NCBI GenBank assembly: GCA_964449925.1
Contig: CAYVCM010000003.1
Span: 1-53,194, forward strand
Direction: 5' to 3'
Length of the DNA stretch: 53,194 nucleotides
DNA from: an uncultured Clostridium sp.
GTDB taxonomy: Bacteria; Bacillota; Clostridia; TANB77; CAG-508
Program-made: the position numbers and the translations under genes
In this document: positions 39,229-50,551 of the stretch, piece by piece
Numbering within the stretch: position 1 is the stretch's first letter
Layout: each line of letters begins with the position of its first letter
The notes under the pieces: model-generated
Seen by the model: only the letters and a program-made list of their open reading frames with translations
Database searches by the model: none
Told to the model about the DNA's origin: nothing

Positions 39229-40161
39229 TTATCTTAAAAATCCATTAATAATTTCTTCTTCTGCTTCTTTTTCAGATAACCCTAATGTCATTAATTTAAT
39301 TAGTTGTTCTCCTGCAATTTTTCCAATAGCCGCCTCATGAATTAGATTTGCCTCTACATTGTTTGCCGTAATTTCTGGTGTTGCTGTGACAATTGCATTG
39401 TCTTTTATAATTGCATCACATTCGCTATGTGCAAAACATTTTTCATTTCCATAAATTTTAGATGTAAATTCTTGTTTTGAATTTTCTGTTGCAACAGATC
39501 TTGATGTTACATGTGTACTGGCATTTTCTCCATTTAATTGAACATCAAATATAGTTTTTGCATATTGATTTCCATCTGTCATAATTTTTTCTGTTACTAC
39601 AAAGTTTGTATCATTTGATAAAACTCCTTTTGTTTCTCTAATTGTTGAGCTGACTCCTTTTATTTGAGTACTTTGCATTTCTAGGCTACTTCCTGGTTTT
39701 AGATAGACTTCTGTCACTGGATTTAGAATTTTTTTGCCATCTCCACTTCCTTCACCATAGTGTTTTTCTATGTATTTTACTTTTGCACCCTCTTCTAAAT
39801 AAAATCTGTGAATACCATCATGTTGTGAGTCTTTGTGATGGTCATTATGGATTCCACATCCTGCTACGATTATAACATTTGCATTTTTTCCTATATAAAA
39901 GTCATTATATACAACATCCTTTAATCCGCTTTCTGTAATAATTACTGGTATATGTATAAATTCAAATTTTGTGTTTTCTTTTACATATATATCTATTCCT
40001 GATACATCCTGTTTTGTTACAATGTTGATATTTTCTGTTACTTGTCTTTCTATTCCTTTTCCATTTTTTCTAATGTTATATGCACCTTTTGTGATGTTTT
40101 CTAGATTGGAAATTTCATTTAAAAGTTGCTCATCTATCATGTCTAATTTATTTGATTTCAT
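39229..40161 (-). CDS. SufB/SufD family Fe-S assembly protein
   Basis: AHSECDAII, LIHEAAIGKIAGEQLIKLMTLGL. Confidence 0.9.
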   Translation of the reverse strand: MKSNKLDMIDEQLLNEISNLENITKGAYNIRKNGKGIERQVTENINIVTKQDVSGIDIYVKENTKFEFIHIPVIITESGLKDVVYNDFYIGKNANVIIVAGCGIHNDHHKDSQHDGIHRFYLEEGAKVKYIEKHYGEGSGDGKKILNPVTEVYLKPGSSLEMQSTQIKGVSSTIRETKGVLSNDTNFVVTEKIMTDGNQYAKTIFDVQLNGENASTHVTSRSVATENSKQEFTSKIYGNEKCFAHSECDAIIKDNAIVTATPEITANNVEANLIHEAAIGKIAGEQLIKLMTLGLSEKEAEEEIINGFLR

Positions 40162-40317
40162 TTTTTATCCTTCCTTTCTTGCTATATCCGAAATTTTATA
40201 TTTTGTTTTTTACTTTATTGATTCAATAAAATATTCTTGTTATTTATTCCTACTATAAGGTTCATTTTTTATACTATTTTAGTTAGTAATATTAGTAATC
40301 TTTTATCATTTAACATC

Positions 40318-40629
40318 AATAAAGTCTAGTATTTTTCTATCTTATTGTGTGCTTTTGGTCTTTAATATAGTTTAATAAATTTCTATTTCTTTATATAACT
40401 TTAGCTAGCAATATCCTTAATCTTTAATAAAATCTAATATTTTTCTATCTTACTTTATGCTTTTGGTCTTTAATATAGTTTAATAATTTTCTATTTCTTT
40501 ATATGACTTTAGCTAGCAATATCCTTAATCATTAATAAAATCTAGTATTTTTCTATCTTACTTTATGCTTTGGGTCTTTAACATAGTTTAATAATTTTCT
40601 ATTTCCTTATATGACTTTAGCTAGCAATA
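40318..40629. repeat. About three 108-bp tandem repeats, non-coding
   Basis: TTAGCTAGCAAT at 40401, 40509, 40617. Confidence 0.9.
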
Positions 40630-40678
40630 AAATTAGCAATCTTTTATCGTTTGATATAGTATTATTCATTAATAAAAT

Positions 40679-41392
40679 TTAGCAATTTTTATTAATTTTA
40701 CAACAATTTTTATTTTTTATCTCATTATTTAATATTTCTTCACTTGTTCCGACTTCTTGTATTTTTCCTGATTTCATCAATATAATTTCATCCGCAATTT
40801 CTAGTATTCTTTCTTGATGTGATATTATAATGGTTGTCCCTTTTGTTATATTGCTCATTGTTTGGAATACATCTATTAAATTGTTAAAACTCCATAAATC
40901 GATTCCTGCTTCTGGCTCGTCAAAAATTGTTAATTTTGTTTGTCTTAATGCTACTGTTGCAATTTCAATTCTTTTTAGTTCTCCACCAGATAAAGAACCA
41001 TTTACTTCTCTGTCAACATATTCTTTAGCACATAAACCAACTGTTGCTAAAGCTTCACAGGCTTCTTTTTTACTAATTTTTTTCTTTGCTGCTATTTTTA
41101 ATAAATCGTAAACTGTAATTCCCTTGAATTTTACTGGTTGTTGAAATCCAAAACTAATTCCCATTTTTGCTCTTTCATTAATTTCCATATTTGTAATGTC
41201 TTTTCCATTAAATATAATTTTACCAGAATCTGGTTTTTCTATTCCCATAATCATTTTTACTAATGTTGATTTTCCTGAACCATTTGGTCCTGTGATTGCA
41301 ATGAATTTTCCTAAATCTATTTCTAAATTGATATTTTTTAATATTTTTTTATTGTCTCTTTCAAAACATATATCTTCTAATTTTAATAACAT
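40679..41392 (-). CDS. sufC: SufC-like ABC ATPase
   Basis: GPNGSGKST, LSGGELKRIE, DEPEAGID. Confidence 0.85.
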   Translation of the reverse strand: MLLKLEDICFERDNKKILKNINLEIDLGKFIAITGPNGSGKSTLVKMIMGIEKPDSGKIIFNGKDITNMEINERAKMGISFGFQQPVKFKGITVYDLLKIAAKKKISKKEACEALATVGLCAKEYVDREVNGSLSGGELKRIEIATVALRQTKLTIFDEPEAGIDLWSFNNLIDVFQTMSNITKGTTIIISHQERILEIADEIILMKSGKIQEVGTSEEILNNEIKNKNCCKINKNC

Positions 41393-41498
41393 ATTTGCCT
41401 CCTTATATATTAATATTTATATTATGTATAAAAATTTGCTTTACATTTCATTGTTTTTTGTTGTTAGATAATTCTTCTATATTATGATGAATTTTCAA

Positions 41499-41966
41499 TT
41501 ACCTTTTGTTTTTTAATCTATTTTTTATAGTCACTTTGATGCAGGATTGACATTTTGGATTTTGCTCATCATAATCACAATCAAGGTTACCTAAATCCAT
41601 GATTTTGCCAATATAGTTTTCTAGTTTTTTTGTTGTATCTGGTGATATTGAATGTTTCATAGAAATTGCCTCTTCTTCAGCATTTTTTTCTTCTACACCT
41701 AATATATCCACTAAAAACATTTTTACTATATCCTGTTTTTTTATAATTTCTTTTGCTTTTTCTTCACCTTGATATGTTAGTTGGATGTTTCCATAGACTT
41801 CATATTCAATAAAATCTAAGTCTCTTAAATTTTTTATTGCTCGATTAACACTAGGTTTAGTGATTTTTAGTTTTTGTGCAATGTCTGTTACTCTAATCTT
41901 TCCAGTGTTTTTTTCTAAGATATAGATTGTTTTTAAATATTCTTCTTGGGAATTTGTCAGCTTCAT
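41499..41966 (-). CDS. DtxR/MntR family metal-dependent regulator
   Basis: EEYLKTIY, VTDIA..L...KPSV. Confidence 0.88.
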   Translation of the reverse strand: MKLTNSQEEYLKTIYILEKNTGKIRVTDIAQKLKITKPSVNRAIKNLRDLDFIEYEVYGNIQLTYQGEEKAKEIIKKQDIVKMFLVDILGVEEKNAEEEAISMKHSISPDTTKKLENYIGKIMDLGNLDCDYDEQNPKCQSCIKVTIKNRLKNKR

Positions 41967-42035
41967 ATTTTTCCCCCTTGTTAGTTTACGCTAACATTTT
42001 ACTATGCTTTTTTATTCTTGTCAAGTAATTTTATT

Positions 42036-42719
42036 TTAAACACAAATTAAATCTTTTATATTTTCATATTTTGCATCACCAATGCCACTAACTTCCTTTA
42101 TTTCCTCTATTGTTTCAAATTCCCCATTTTCTTCTCTATAATTTATAATTTTAAGTGCGGTTGATGGTCCTATACCTGGCAATGTTTCTAGTTCTGTCTG
42201 TGTTGCAGTATTGATATTTATTTTTCCATTACTGTTCTGACTACTCGTTTCATTTGTTTGTGTCTCCTGAACTACACCAGCTGATGAAGTTACATATTTT
42301 GAAGTTTCATCTACTGTACTATTATTTTCAGTTTCTTCATTCTCTGCTACAACTTCCCCTATTGTTGGAATATATATTTTCATGCCATCTTCCAATTTGT
42401 ATGCTAAATTTATTTTACTAGTGTCTGCATCTTCTTTTAATCCTTCTGCCTTGTCAATAGCATCTGATATTCTACTATTTTCTTCTAATTCTACTATTCC
42501 TTCTTTATTAACTGCTCCTGAAACATGTACAATAATTGTATTATTTTCATCTTCTATATTTTCTTGTGTTTCTTCTATTTGATTTTCTCCTATTGTTTCT
42601 TCTGATGAAATAAATGTACTATCTTCTTTTGTGTATATATAATATAAAAAGATTGTGGCAATTATAGTTACTATAATCGCAAGTATTATTTTTTGTTTTT
42701 TATTTAATTCATACATCAT
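42036..42719 (-). CDS. comEA: Competence protein ComEA
   Basis: SLBB VHVSGAV; HhH ININTA...LPGIG. Confidence 0.9.
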   Translation of the reverse strand: MMYELNKKQKIILAIIVTIIATIFLYYIYTKEDSTFISSEETIGENQIEETQENIEDENNTIIVHVSGAVNKEGIVELEENSRISDAIDKAEGLKEDADTSKINLAYKLEDGMKIYIPTIGEVVAENEETENNSTVDETSKYVTSSAGVVQETQTNETSSQNSNGKININTATQTELETLPGIGPSTALKIINYREENGEFETIEEIKEVSGIGDAKYENIKDLICV

Positions 42720-42904
42720 ATTAATTTAGTATATATTTAATATATACCCTTCTTCCCTCCTTATAGCGTAATTTTTTTTAATGAAAAGTAAAATCATAAA
42801 TAAATTAGATATTTTATAAAATTATAAAAATACAATTGCAAAATTCGACAATATGCTATATATTATTACTATTAAGAAATTTATTTTTAGGAGTCTAGAT
42901 AATA

Positions 42905-44185
42905 ATGAAATCAAATCTAAAAAAAGTCTTTATATTATTTTTTTTATTGATAACCATATCATTTACAAATTTAAATATTGTTTATGCAGCCGAAGACACA
43001 GATACACCAGAAGTCACTTCTGGAGCTGCTATTCTAATTGATAACACTACAAATAGAATTTTATATGATAAAAATGCAACTGAAAGAATGTATCCAGCAA
43101 GTACAACAAAAATTTTAACGGCTATATTGGTATTAGAAAATTGTGATTTAGACGAAGTTGTAACTGCAAGTTATGATGCAGTTTCATCTATACCTTATGG
43201 ATATGTGACTGCTGAAATACAAGCAGGCGAGGAACTTACTGTTGAGCAATTATTACAAATGTTATTAGTACATTCCGCAAATGATGCAGGCAATGTATTA
43301 GCTGAATATGTCGGTGGTTCTATTGATAGTTTTGCATCTATGATGAACACAAAAGTTAATGAACTTGGGTTAACAGATAGTCATTTTACAAATCCTTATG
43401 GTTTGCATGATGAAAATCATTATACTACTGCTTATGATTTAGCTAAAATCATGCAATACTGTATGGAAAATGACGATTTTAGAAGAATTGCTGGTAGCGT
43501 GTCTTGTTCTATACCTGCAACTAATAAGTCTGATGTAAGATCATATACTTCTACAAATCAATTAATTCTTCCTGATAGTGAAAATTATTATAGTTATGCT
43601 ACTGTAGGAAAAACTGGTTATACAACAGAAGCTGGTAGATGCCTTGTTACTTGTGCATATAAAAATGATATAGAACTTACTTGCGTTATATTAGGTGGAA
43701 CAGTTTCAGATGATGGCATTTCTTCGAGATTTGTGGATAGTATAACACTATATGAATACGGATTTAATAATTATTCTTTAAAAAATATTGCAAACCCTGG
43801 AGATATCATTACAACAATTGAGGTTGATAATGCAACTTCCTCTACCAAATCATTAGGTTTAGCATTTACATCTAGTGTTTATGCTTTAGTAAATAATGAT
43901 GATCTTAATACAAATTATACTCCAGAAATACAATTAGAATCTGATATCTCTGCACCAATTGCAGAAGGCGAGATATTAGGTAAGGCCATTTATACAATAG
44001 ATGGAATTGAATATGAAGTAAACATTTCTGCAACACATACTGTGGAAGAATCACATTTGCTATCATTTATATTAAAAGTAGGTGGCTTGATAGTTGTATT
44101 ATTAATTATTTTTAAAATATTTTTTTCAGAGAAAAAGAAAAGGAAAGAAAACTATTATTTAGCTAGAAATAATTGGAGATTTTAA
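42905..44185 (+). CDS. D-alanyl-D-alanine carboxypeptidase (S11)
   Basis: PASTTK, SAN, KTG. Confidence 0.92.
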   Translation: MKSNLKKVFILFFLLITISFTNLNIVYAAEDTDTPEVTSGAAILIDNTTNRILYDKNATERMYPASTTKILTAILVLENCDLDEVVTASYDAVSSIPYGYVTAEIQAGEELTVEQLLQMLLVHSANDAGNVLAEYVGGSIDSFASMMNTKVNELGLTDSHFTNPYGLHDENHYTTAYDLAKIMQYCMENDDFRRIAGSVSCSIPATNKSDVRSYTSTNQLILPDSENYYSYATVGKTGYTTEAGRCLVTCAYKNDIELTCVILGGTVSDDGISSRFVDSITLYEYGFNNYSLKNIANPGDIITTIEVDNATSSTKSLGLAFTSSVYALVNNDDLNTNYTPEIQLESDISAPIAEGEILGKAIYTIDGIEYEVNISATHTVEESHLLSFILKVGGLIVVLLIIFKIFFSEKKKRKENYYLARNNWRF

Positions 44186-44624
44186 TATTAATTTTTCTGT
44201 GCATTATTGTTTTTTTATTGAATAGAAAAAAATGATTTCTTTTAAAAATAAAATATTTATTTTTACTTTAAATTGCGAAACTAAAAGTTTCATATTGTTT
44301 CCTACTTAATAAAAAATGAATATAGACAAAATATTGCAGTTATCCACAGAATTTATGAATTTTAAGAAAAAATTATTGAAATTATATTATTGAATAAAAA
44401 TCTTAAATATTTTTTGATCATAAATGTTAGAATAAATACATATTAATTTAAGTTATAATATAAAGTTGCATAGAAGTTGCTATGCAACTTTATATTTATT
44501 CAAATTTTTTTATTATTTTATTTTTTGCTAGAACTCTAATTCTCATTTACTATACTAATTATTGCAAATAACTTTGTTTTTAATAACTCAGATGACATTA
44601 CTAAATCATAAATATTATTTTATG

Positions 44625-46016
44625 TTATTCATAATCTTTTCCGATAATAATTGTGACATCTACTTCACTTGAACTACTTCCCGAAGTTGTATCAGAAACT
44701 GTTCCTGTCCCTAAAATCTGCTCTATGTTATTTATTACTGTTGTTGATACATTTGATTTATTTGCTATAACCGTCTTACTAGTTGATGTAGTAGTTCCTG
44801 TTCTAGAAACATTATATCCTTCTTCTTTTAATTTATTTACTACTTCTTGAAGTATTTTACCATCACTTGTACCATTTAAAACTTCTATTTTTATACTTGA
44901 ATTTGATGAAGTTGTTGAACTACTTGTACTTGTATTTGTTGAGGTATTTGTACTTGTGTTTGTTGAAGTATTTGTTGTATTTTCATCTGTTGTTTCGTCC
45001 TCTGTTGTTTCGTCTGAATAGAATAATTCCTGTATAAGTAGTGCTGTTTCTTCTTCATCTACCACAAATATACTAACACCATTTGTTTCATCAACATCTG
45101 GCACACTTCCTGGTAATGATGCTGTTTGCAAATTATCTGTACTAAATTCTACTGCATATGGTAAATAATCTTTTAATACACTAAAATCTAAATTTGTAAT
45201 TAAGTTTCTACTAGCAATATCTAATATGGTTCCTAATTTTGTAATATTTCCTAATGTTACAGTTTGTTCGATAACAGCTGTTATAAATTCTCTTTGATTT
45301 CTCATTCTTCCAATATCATTATCACCATATTCTTCTGGGAAAGTAGTACCATCATTATTTTTTCTAAATCTCAATAATTCCTCTGCTGCCTCACCATCAA
45401 TTTCTTGAAGTCCTTCTTCAAAATGAATATGTAAGTCTTGTGATGAATCATCATAATCCATATCTATTGGAACATAGTACTCTATTGGTCCAACTGCATC
45501 TACTAATTCTATTAATGCTTCTGTTTGTACAATGCAATAATACTCTAAATCTAACCCTGTTAATTCATTTACAGCTTCTACTGTTTCCATTGGATCTCTT
45601 GTTAAATTATAAATAGCATTAATTTTATCAGATGCAGTTGCTTTTTTTGTATTTGTTCCTGTGAAAGTGTCTCTAGGTATTGATAATAATACTGCTTCTT
45701 GCGTATTCGGATCATATGAAGCAACTATCAATGTATCTGTTAAGGCAACTCCTTCTTGGTCTGTACTGACTCCCATTAATAATACTTGAAGTTCTCCTAG
45801 ACTTGCCCTTGTGTTTTCATCGTGTCCGACAACTGTTGCTAACATACCAGATACTCCTCCACCATTTTTATGTACCTTATATGCAAATACACTACCACAA
45901 ACTAATAAAATTAGTAAAATTATTAAACATATTTTTTTCCATCTTTTCATTTTCTTTTTTGCTTTTGGTTTTTTAGTATTTGTCTTTTGTCCTTTGTTAT
46001 CTTTATTTTTACTCAC
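44625..46016 (-). CDS. LCP family protein with LytR C-terminal domain
   Basis: TDTL, SIPRDT, DIGR..NQ, VLNGT. Confidence 0.92.
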   Translation of the reverse strand: MSKNKDNKGQKTNTKKPKAKKKMKRWKKICLIILLILLVCGSVFAYKVHKNGGGVSGMLATVVGHDENTRASLGELQVLLMGVSTDQEGVALTDTLIVASYDPNTQEAVLLSIPRDTFTGTNTKKATASDKINAIYNLTRDPMETVEAVNELTGLDLEYYCIVQTEALIELVDAVGPIEYYVPIDMDYDDSSQDLHIHFEEGLQEIDGEAAEELLRFRKNNDGTTFPEEYGDNDIGRMRNQREFITAVIEQTVTLGNITKLGTILDIASRNLITNLDFSVLKDYLPYAVEFSTDNLQTASLPGSVPDVDETNGVSIFVVDEEETALLIQELFYSDETTEDETTDENTTNTSTNTSTNTSTNTSTSSSTTSSNSSIKIEVLNGTSDGKILQEVVNKLKEEGYNVSRTGTTTSTSKTVIANKSNVSTTVINNIEQILGTGTVSDTTSGSSSSEVDVTIIIGKDYE

Positions 46017-46148
46017 TTATAATCCACTCCTAAAAAATCATGTTAATAGTATACCAAATATATTTGCAAAAATCAACAAATAGGGACAAATTTTAATAAT
46101 TTGTCCCACTGTTTGGTTACAGTTCATAGTTAATAGTATCGGTTCTAT

Positions 46149-46757
46149 TTAATCTGTAAATAAAATATTTAACACATTATATTCACTTAATGTACTAGCA
46201 ATATAAGAGTCTTCCACAACATTGTAGACTTGACTTTGCGAATTTATCTCTCCACTTAAATTAATAAGGAATAATAAAATATATACAATTAATAATCCTC
46301 TTAGCACACCATATATAATAGCACCTAACTTATTAATTTGATTTACTATTGGCAATCTTGTAACAATATTTGCTAGTGCTGTAACAAACCTTAGTAAAAT
46401 TCTTATTACAATGTACAATATCAACATTACAACCCCTTCTATAATGTTAATAGAAATTGTTCTTGCTGTTTCTGATAACATATTATTTTGTATGCTTTCT
46501 ACTATTAAATTTGACTCTTCTTCTCCATTTGTCATAATATCATTTGCTTTTTCTAAAATAGCACTTTGGATTGTTTCATCAATTGCTGTTACATTTATAA
46601 TTAAATTGGAAATTGGTTTATATAAAAGAAGTGTTAATGCAACAGCAATAATTACTGCTACAAATTGTATCGCTAAATTAACAAATCCTTTTCTATATGC
46701 TAAAAATGTTGATAATAAAACAATAGCTACAATAACAATATCTGCTATAATACTCAT
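46149..46757 (-). CDS. CvpA family membrane protein
   Basis: AYRKGF, INKLGA.IYG.LRG. Confidence 0.8.
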   Translation of the reverse strand: MSIIADIVIVAIVLLSTFLAYRKGFVNLAIQFVAVIIAVALTLLLYKPISNLIINVTAIDETIQSAILEKANDIMTNGEEESNLIVESIQNNMLSETARTISINIIEGVVMLILYIVIRILLRFVTALANIVTRLPIVNQINKLGAIIYGVLRGLLIVYILLFLINLSGEINSQSQVYNVVEDSYIASTLSEYNVLNILFTD

Positions 46758-46840
46758 CTTCTTCCTCCAATCCTCTAATAAATTTTTGTTAGACATAAAT
46801 ATACAGTATTTGTTTTCACTTCATATAATAACTTATAACT

Positions 46841-48028
46841 TTATAAATTAATGATTTCTACTTTATCTCTATAAATAATACCTGCTATACTATTTGATAC
46901 TGTAACATTTGTTACTTCTTGACTAGCTACATATCTTTTTACAAGCCATCCACCTGTATTAATGAATTCCACTTCTGTTCCCATATTTAAAGCAATAATA
47001 TCACCATTTGTATAAATCTCTTTTATTGATGTGTCTACTGTATAATCTTGCGTATTCTTGTTATTTACATTAATAATATGTATAGTTGAATTTGCGGAAA
47101 ATATTCCTGCTGATTCTTCTTGAACAGTTACAAAATAATCTTCTAGATTGATGGATTGTGCTGTTATTTTTTTGTTATCATTTTCAAATATAACAGATTC
47201 TTCATCATTTTCTATTATGTTAATTGTATCTGTGTACATACATACAATCCTATTATTATCTTGATATTCAATATTTACAAGTAATTTATCTTGTTCACTT
47301 TCATAATTGTTCACAACAGCTGAACTTGGATTTGTTTTAGCTTCTTCAATCGAAATAATTCTTACATTTGATTGAATAATGGTTCCAGAAGCATCTACTT
47401 CTGCTATTGCCAAATATTTATTATCATTTGATATAGATACATCTACTGCTATTGTTGATGATAAAAATGAAATAAATAATGAATTACCTTCTGGATCAAA
47501 TACTTGTACTTCACATTTATAACTTGTTCCAGTTATTACAACTGCCACATATCCATTTTTATTTACATATACTTGATAAATATTTCCTTCTATTTCACTT
47601 TCCCATACAATCTCTTTATCTTCTATTAAATATACCTTTTGGCCATCATCTTCTCCTATAACTAGAAATCTATTTGCAGAATTAAACAATGGATTTGTAA
47701 CTTGTACCTCTAAACTTGTTTCTTCTTTTCCTGTTGAACCATAAAAAGTTAATTGATTTTCATTTAATATTCCGATATATTTATTAAATGCATATATATT
47801 TGATGTTTGACTTTCATCTAATTCAATTGTAGCAACACTGTCTTGCGAAATTTCTTTTCTGAATATTTCTATATCAATCCAACTTCTAACATCTTCATTT
47901 GTAATGTATAATGACACTACAACAATAATTGCAATGACAAGAATAGAAATAGATATAGATATAATAATCTTTTTTGCATTTATTTTTCTACTTTCTGTTT
48001 CTGACTCTTCCCAATAATCTCTCATCAC
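46841..48028 (-). CDS. DUF5711-like beta-propeller membrane protein
   Basis: N-terminal TM; VDVSISND..YLA. Confidence 0.7.
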   Translation of the reverse strand: MMRDYWEESETESRKINAKKIIISISISILVIAIIVVVSLYITNEDVRSWIDIEIFRKEISQDSVATIELDESQTSNIYAFNKYIGILNENQLTFYGSTGKEETSLEVQVTNPLFNSANRFLVIGEDDGQKVYLIEDKEIVWESEIEGNIYQVYVNKNGYVAVVITGTSYKCEVQVFDPEGNSLFISFLSSTIAVDVSISNDNKYLAIAEVDASGTIIQSNVRIISIEEAKTNPSSAVVNNYESEQDKLLVNIEYQDNNRIVCMYTDTINIIENDEESVIFENDNKKITAQSINLEDYFVTVQEESAGIFSANSTIHIINVNNKNTQDYTVDTSIKEIYTNGDIIALNMGTEVEFINTGGWLVKRYVASQEVTNVTVSNSIAGIIYRDKVEIINL

Positions 48029-48250
48029 ATTTCTCCTTATCTTTTGCTAATCCTATTCTACTATACCAAAGGAAAAAAAGCAAGGTTATTATTTATAAGA
48101 ACATTTAAATTGCAAAACTAAAATATTATTTCCTATTTAATACAAAAAGCACACAATATATTGTGTACTTTTTGTATTTTCAAAACTAAAACATATATTT
48201 TAAAACCGTAAATTTTCAAAATAATATATTTATTATTTCTTATATACTTT

Positions 48251-49882
48251 TTATTTTTTTCTTCTTCTCTTTTGCCATACAACTAATCCAATTAAAATAA
48301 TTAATACTGGTGTAGCAAATATAATTGTCATAATAATTGTATTTTGTTGTTCTGTAACTGTATATGTTACCTCATCTGTTGTTTTTCTTATTGTGATAGT
48401 ATCTTCTCTATCATTTAAGTAAGAAACAGCATTCAATATCATGTCTTCATTATTATATAGTGAAACTACATAATAGGTATACCCATTTAGTTGTACAGTC
48501 ATATCCATAGCAAATAACTCATTTGAGAATATAACAATTTTAGATGAAGTATCATCATCAATTTCTTTTGTTGCTATTGCTGCAATTGTAACTGCACCTT
48601 CTTCACTATCTGAATCTGTTCTTGAAGCACTACTTAAAGTAATATCTGTTCTTACAAATGCTTCATCTGTTGTTTGAGCTAAAATTTCATATTCAACTCC
48701 TAAATCTTCCAAACTATCTTCATCAAATGTAATTTCACCAGCATCAACAAAACATACATTCATTGACATATTTAAGTTTTCAGTTAAACTTGTATATTCT
48801 GTTGTTTCAACGATAAAGTCAGGATATCCAGCTATCATATTTGAACTGTCACCTTCAAAAACAACACCATTAGAAATTGTTACCCCATATTGGTCTAATA
48901 CAGTTTGGAAATTCGTTAAATCTATATCATATAGATTTGGTCCACACATAAGTAATATTTCTCCACCTGCATTAATATATTCTAAAATTGCATCTCTTTC
49001 TTGTTCTGTAATGTCTTCTTGTAATGTTGTTATAACTAAACAATCACAATCGTCTGGTATACCACCATTTACTAAAATATCTAAAGTTTCTACCTCATTT
49101 GCCTCATCTTCCATAGCACTCATAACTGTTGAGAAATATTGAAGATCATACATAACATGGTTAGACATAAAATAGATTTTAGGTTTATCATCTGTTGTTA
49201 CATCTAGTATTGCATTTGTAATAGCTTCTTCTGTTAAATCAATTGTTTCATAAGTAGTATAATCATAAGTATATGTGTCATACTCTGTAATTTCCTTTTC
49301 GTTTTCACCACATGATACTATAATTAGACTATCATCTGCATCTAAAGAATACTCTGTCATTAAATCTGTTCTTGCAGATAAATCACTAACTTCCTCTAAT
49401 TTAATATTGTCATTTAGTGTTGTGTATTTTTCTGCAAAACTTCTTGCTGTACTACTTGAATCATAATTGATTAATGTGATTGTAACCTCTTTATCTATAC
49501 TTCCTACTTTATCCTTTGTTTCGTCTGATAAAGAATATATTTTTTCAGATGTACAATCAAGTTCTGGTAATACAACATTTTCTAATAATACATTAACTCC
49601 TATAAATATAGCTATAATAATTGCTACTAATACAATGGTTTTACTACCATTAATAATCCATTTTCTACTTAATGTATTTACTATTTTTCCAAAGAATCTC
49701 TTTATTTTTCCTTGCTTTTTATTTTCTTTTTCTTTTTTCTTTGCTTCTTTTTTATCTTTTTTGGCTTGTTTTTTTTCTGCCTTCAATTTCTTTTTTTCTT
49801 CTTTGTCTTGCTTGTTTGCCTTAGTATTACCTTTTTCTTGGTCATTGTTTTTTAGTTTATCTTTCTCTTCCAATATTTTCAC
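48251..49882 (-). CDS. GldG-like ABC auxiliary protein
   Basis: D.T..KIYSLS..TK, EEAITNAI, C-terminal TM and RRRKK. Confidence 0.8.
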   Translation of the reverse strand: MKILEEKDKLKNNDQEKGNTKANKQDKEEKKKLKAEKKQAKKDKKEAKKKEKENKKQGKIKRFFGKIVNTLSRKWIINGSKTIVLVAIIIAIFIGVNVLLENVVLPELDCTSEKIYSLSDETKDKVGSIDKEVTITLINYDSSSTARSFAEKYTTLNDNIKLEEVSDLSARTDLMTEYSLDADDSLIIVSCGENEKEITEYDTYTYDYTTYETIDLTEEAITNAILDVTTDDKPKIYFMSNHVMYDLQYFSTVMSAMEDEANEVETLDILVNGGIPDDCDCLVITTLQEDITEQERDAILEYINAGGEILLMCGPNLYDIDLTNFQTVLDQYGVTISNGVVFEGDSSNMIAGYPDFIVETTEYTSLTENLNMSMNVCFVDAGEITFDEDSLEDLGVEYEILAQTTDEAFVRTDITLSSASRTDSDSEEGAVTIAAIATKEIDDDTSSKIVIFSNELFAMDMTVQLNGYTYYVVSLYNNEDMILNAVSYLNDREDTITIRKTTDEVTYTVTEQQNTIIMTIIFATPVLIILIGLVVWQKRRRKK

Positions 49883-49885
49883 TCC

Positions 49886-50551
49886 TTACTTAACTAATTT
49901 TCTTCTTTGCATAACAATTAGTGTTAAACTTATAAACACTGCACTAAATAATAGTAAACTTATAACATCTTCAATAGATATAACTCCTTGTGCAAAACTG
50001 ATATAGTAATCCATCAATGAAAACCATGATGTCATAAATAAAGTGATAATTAAAAATGCAACTGTAATGATTCCTGCAATCAATTGATTTTCTGTTAAGC
50101 TTGATGCAAAAATTCCAAAAGATAATGCTGCAAAGCTAACAAGTATAAAACCTAATATAGAAACTAGTGTTGTTGCTAAGTTTGGTTCTCCAAAGTACCT
50201 AACTATAAAGTAAAACATGGAAGAAATAAGTAATGTAATAAGAATAACTATAATTCCTGCTAGTAATTTCCCCATGATGACTTTAAACATGCCAATAGGA
50301 GATGTTAATATTAATTGCTCTGTCCCTGATTTCCTTTCTTCTGCAAACATTCTCATTGTCAATATTGGTACAATGATGATTAATCCATAGAATGCTGTAT
50401 AATAATATAAAATATTTAAGTCTAAACTACCATAAGAATACACTGTTAAATAGAAGAATACACTAAAACAAAGTAAGAAAATTCCTATGACAACATATCC
50501 TATTGGTGAAAAAAAGTATGTTTTTAACTCTTTCTTTAAAACTGCTAGCAT
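49886..50551 (-). CDS. ABC-2 permease (GldF-like)
   Basis: LTMRMFAEERKSGTEQL.LTSP. Confidence 0.85.
   Translation of the reverse strand: MLAVLKKELKTYFFSPIGYVVIGIFLLCFSVFFYLTVYSYGSLDLNILYYYTAFYGLIIIVPILTMRMFAEERKSGTEQLILTSPIGMFKVIMGKLLAGIIVILITLLISSMFYFIVRYFGEPNLATTLVSILGFILVSFAALSFGIFASSLTENQLIAGIITVAFLIITLFMTSWFSLMDYYISFAQGVISIEDVISLLLFSAVFISLTLIVMQRRKLVK

Noticed and set aside
40318-40629. CRISPR array
   Set aside because: Whole 108-bp units repeat with no unique spacers; no cas genes
44458-44495. Long palindrome ATATAAAGTTGCATAG...CTATGCAACTTTATAT
   Set aside because: Lies between convergent genes; most simply a bidirectional terminator
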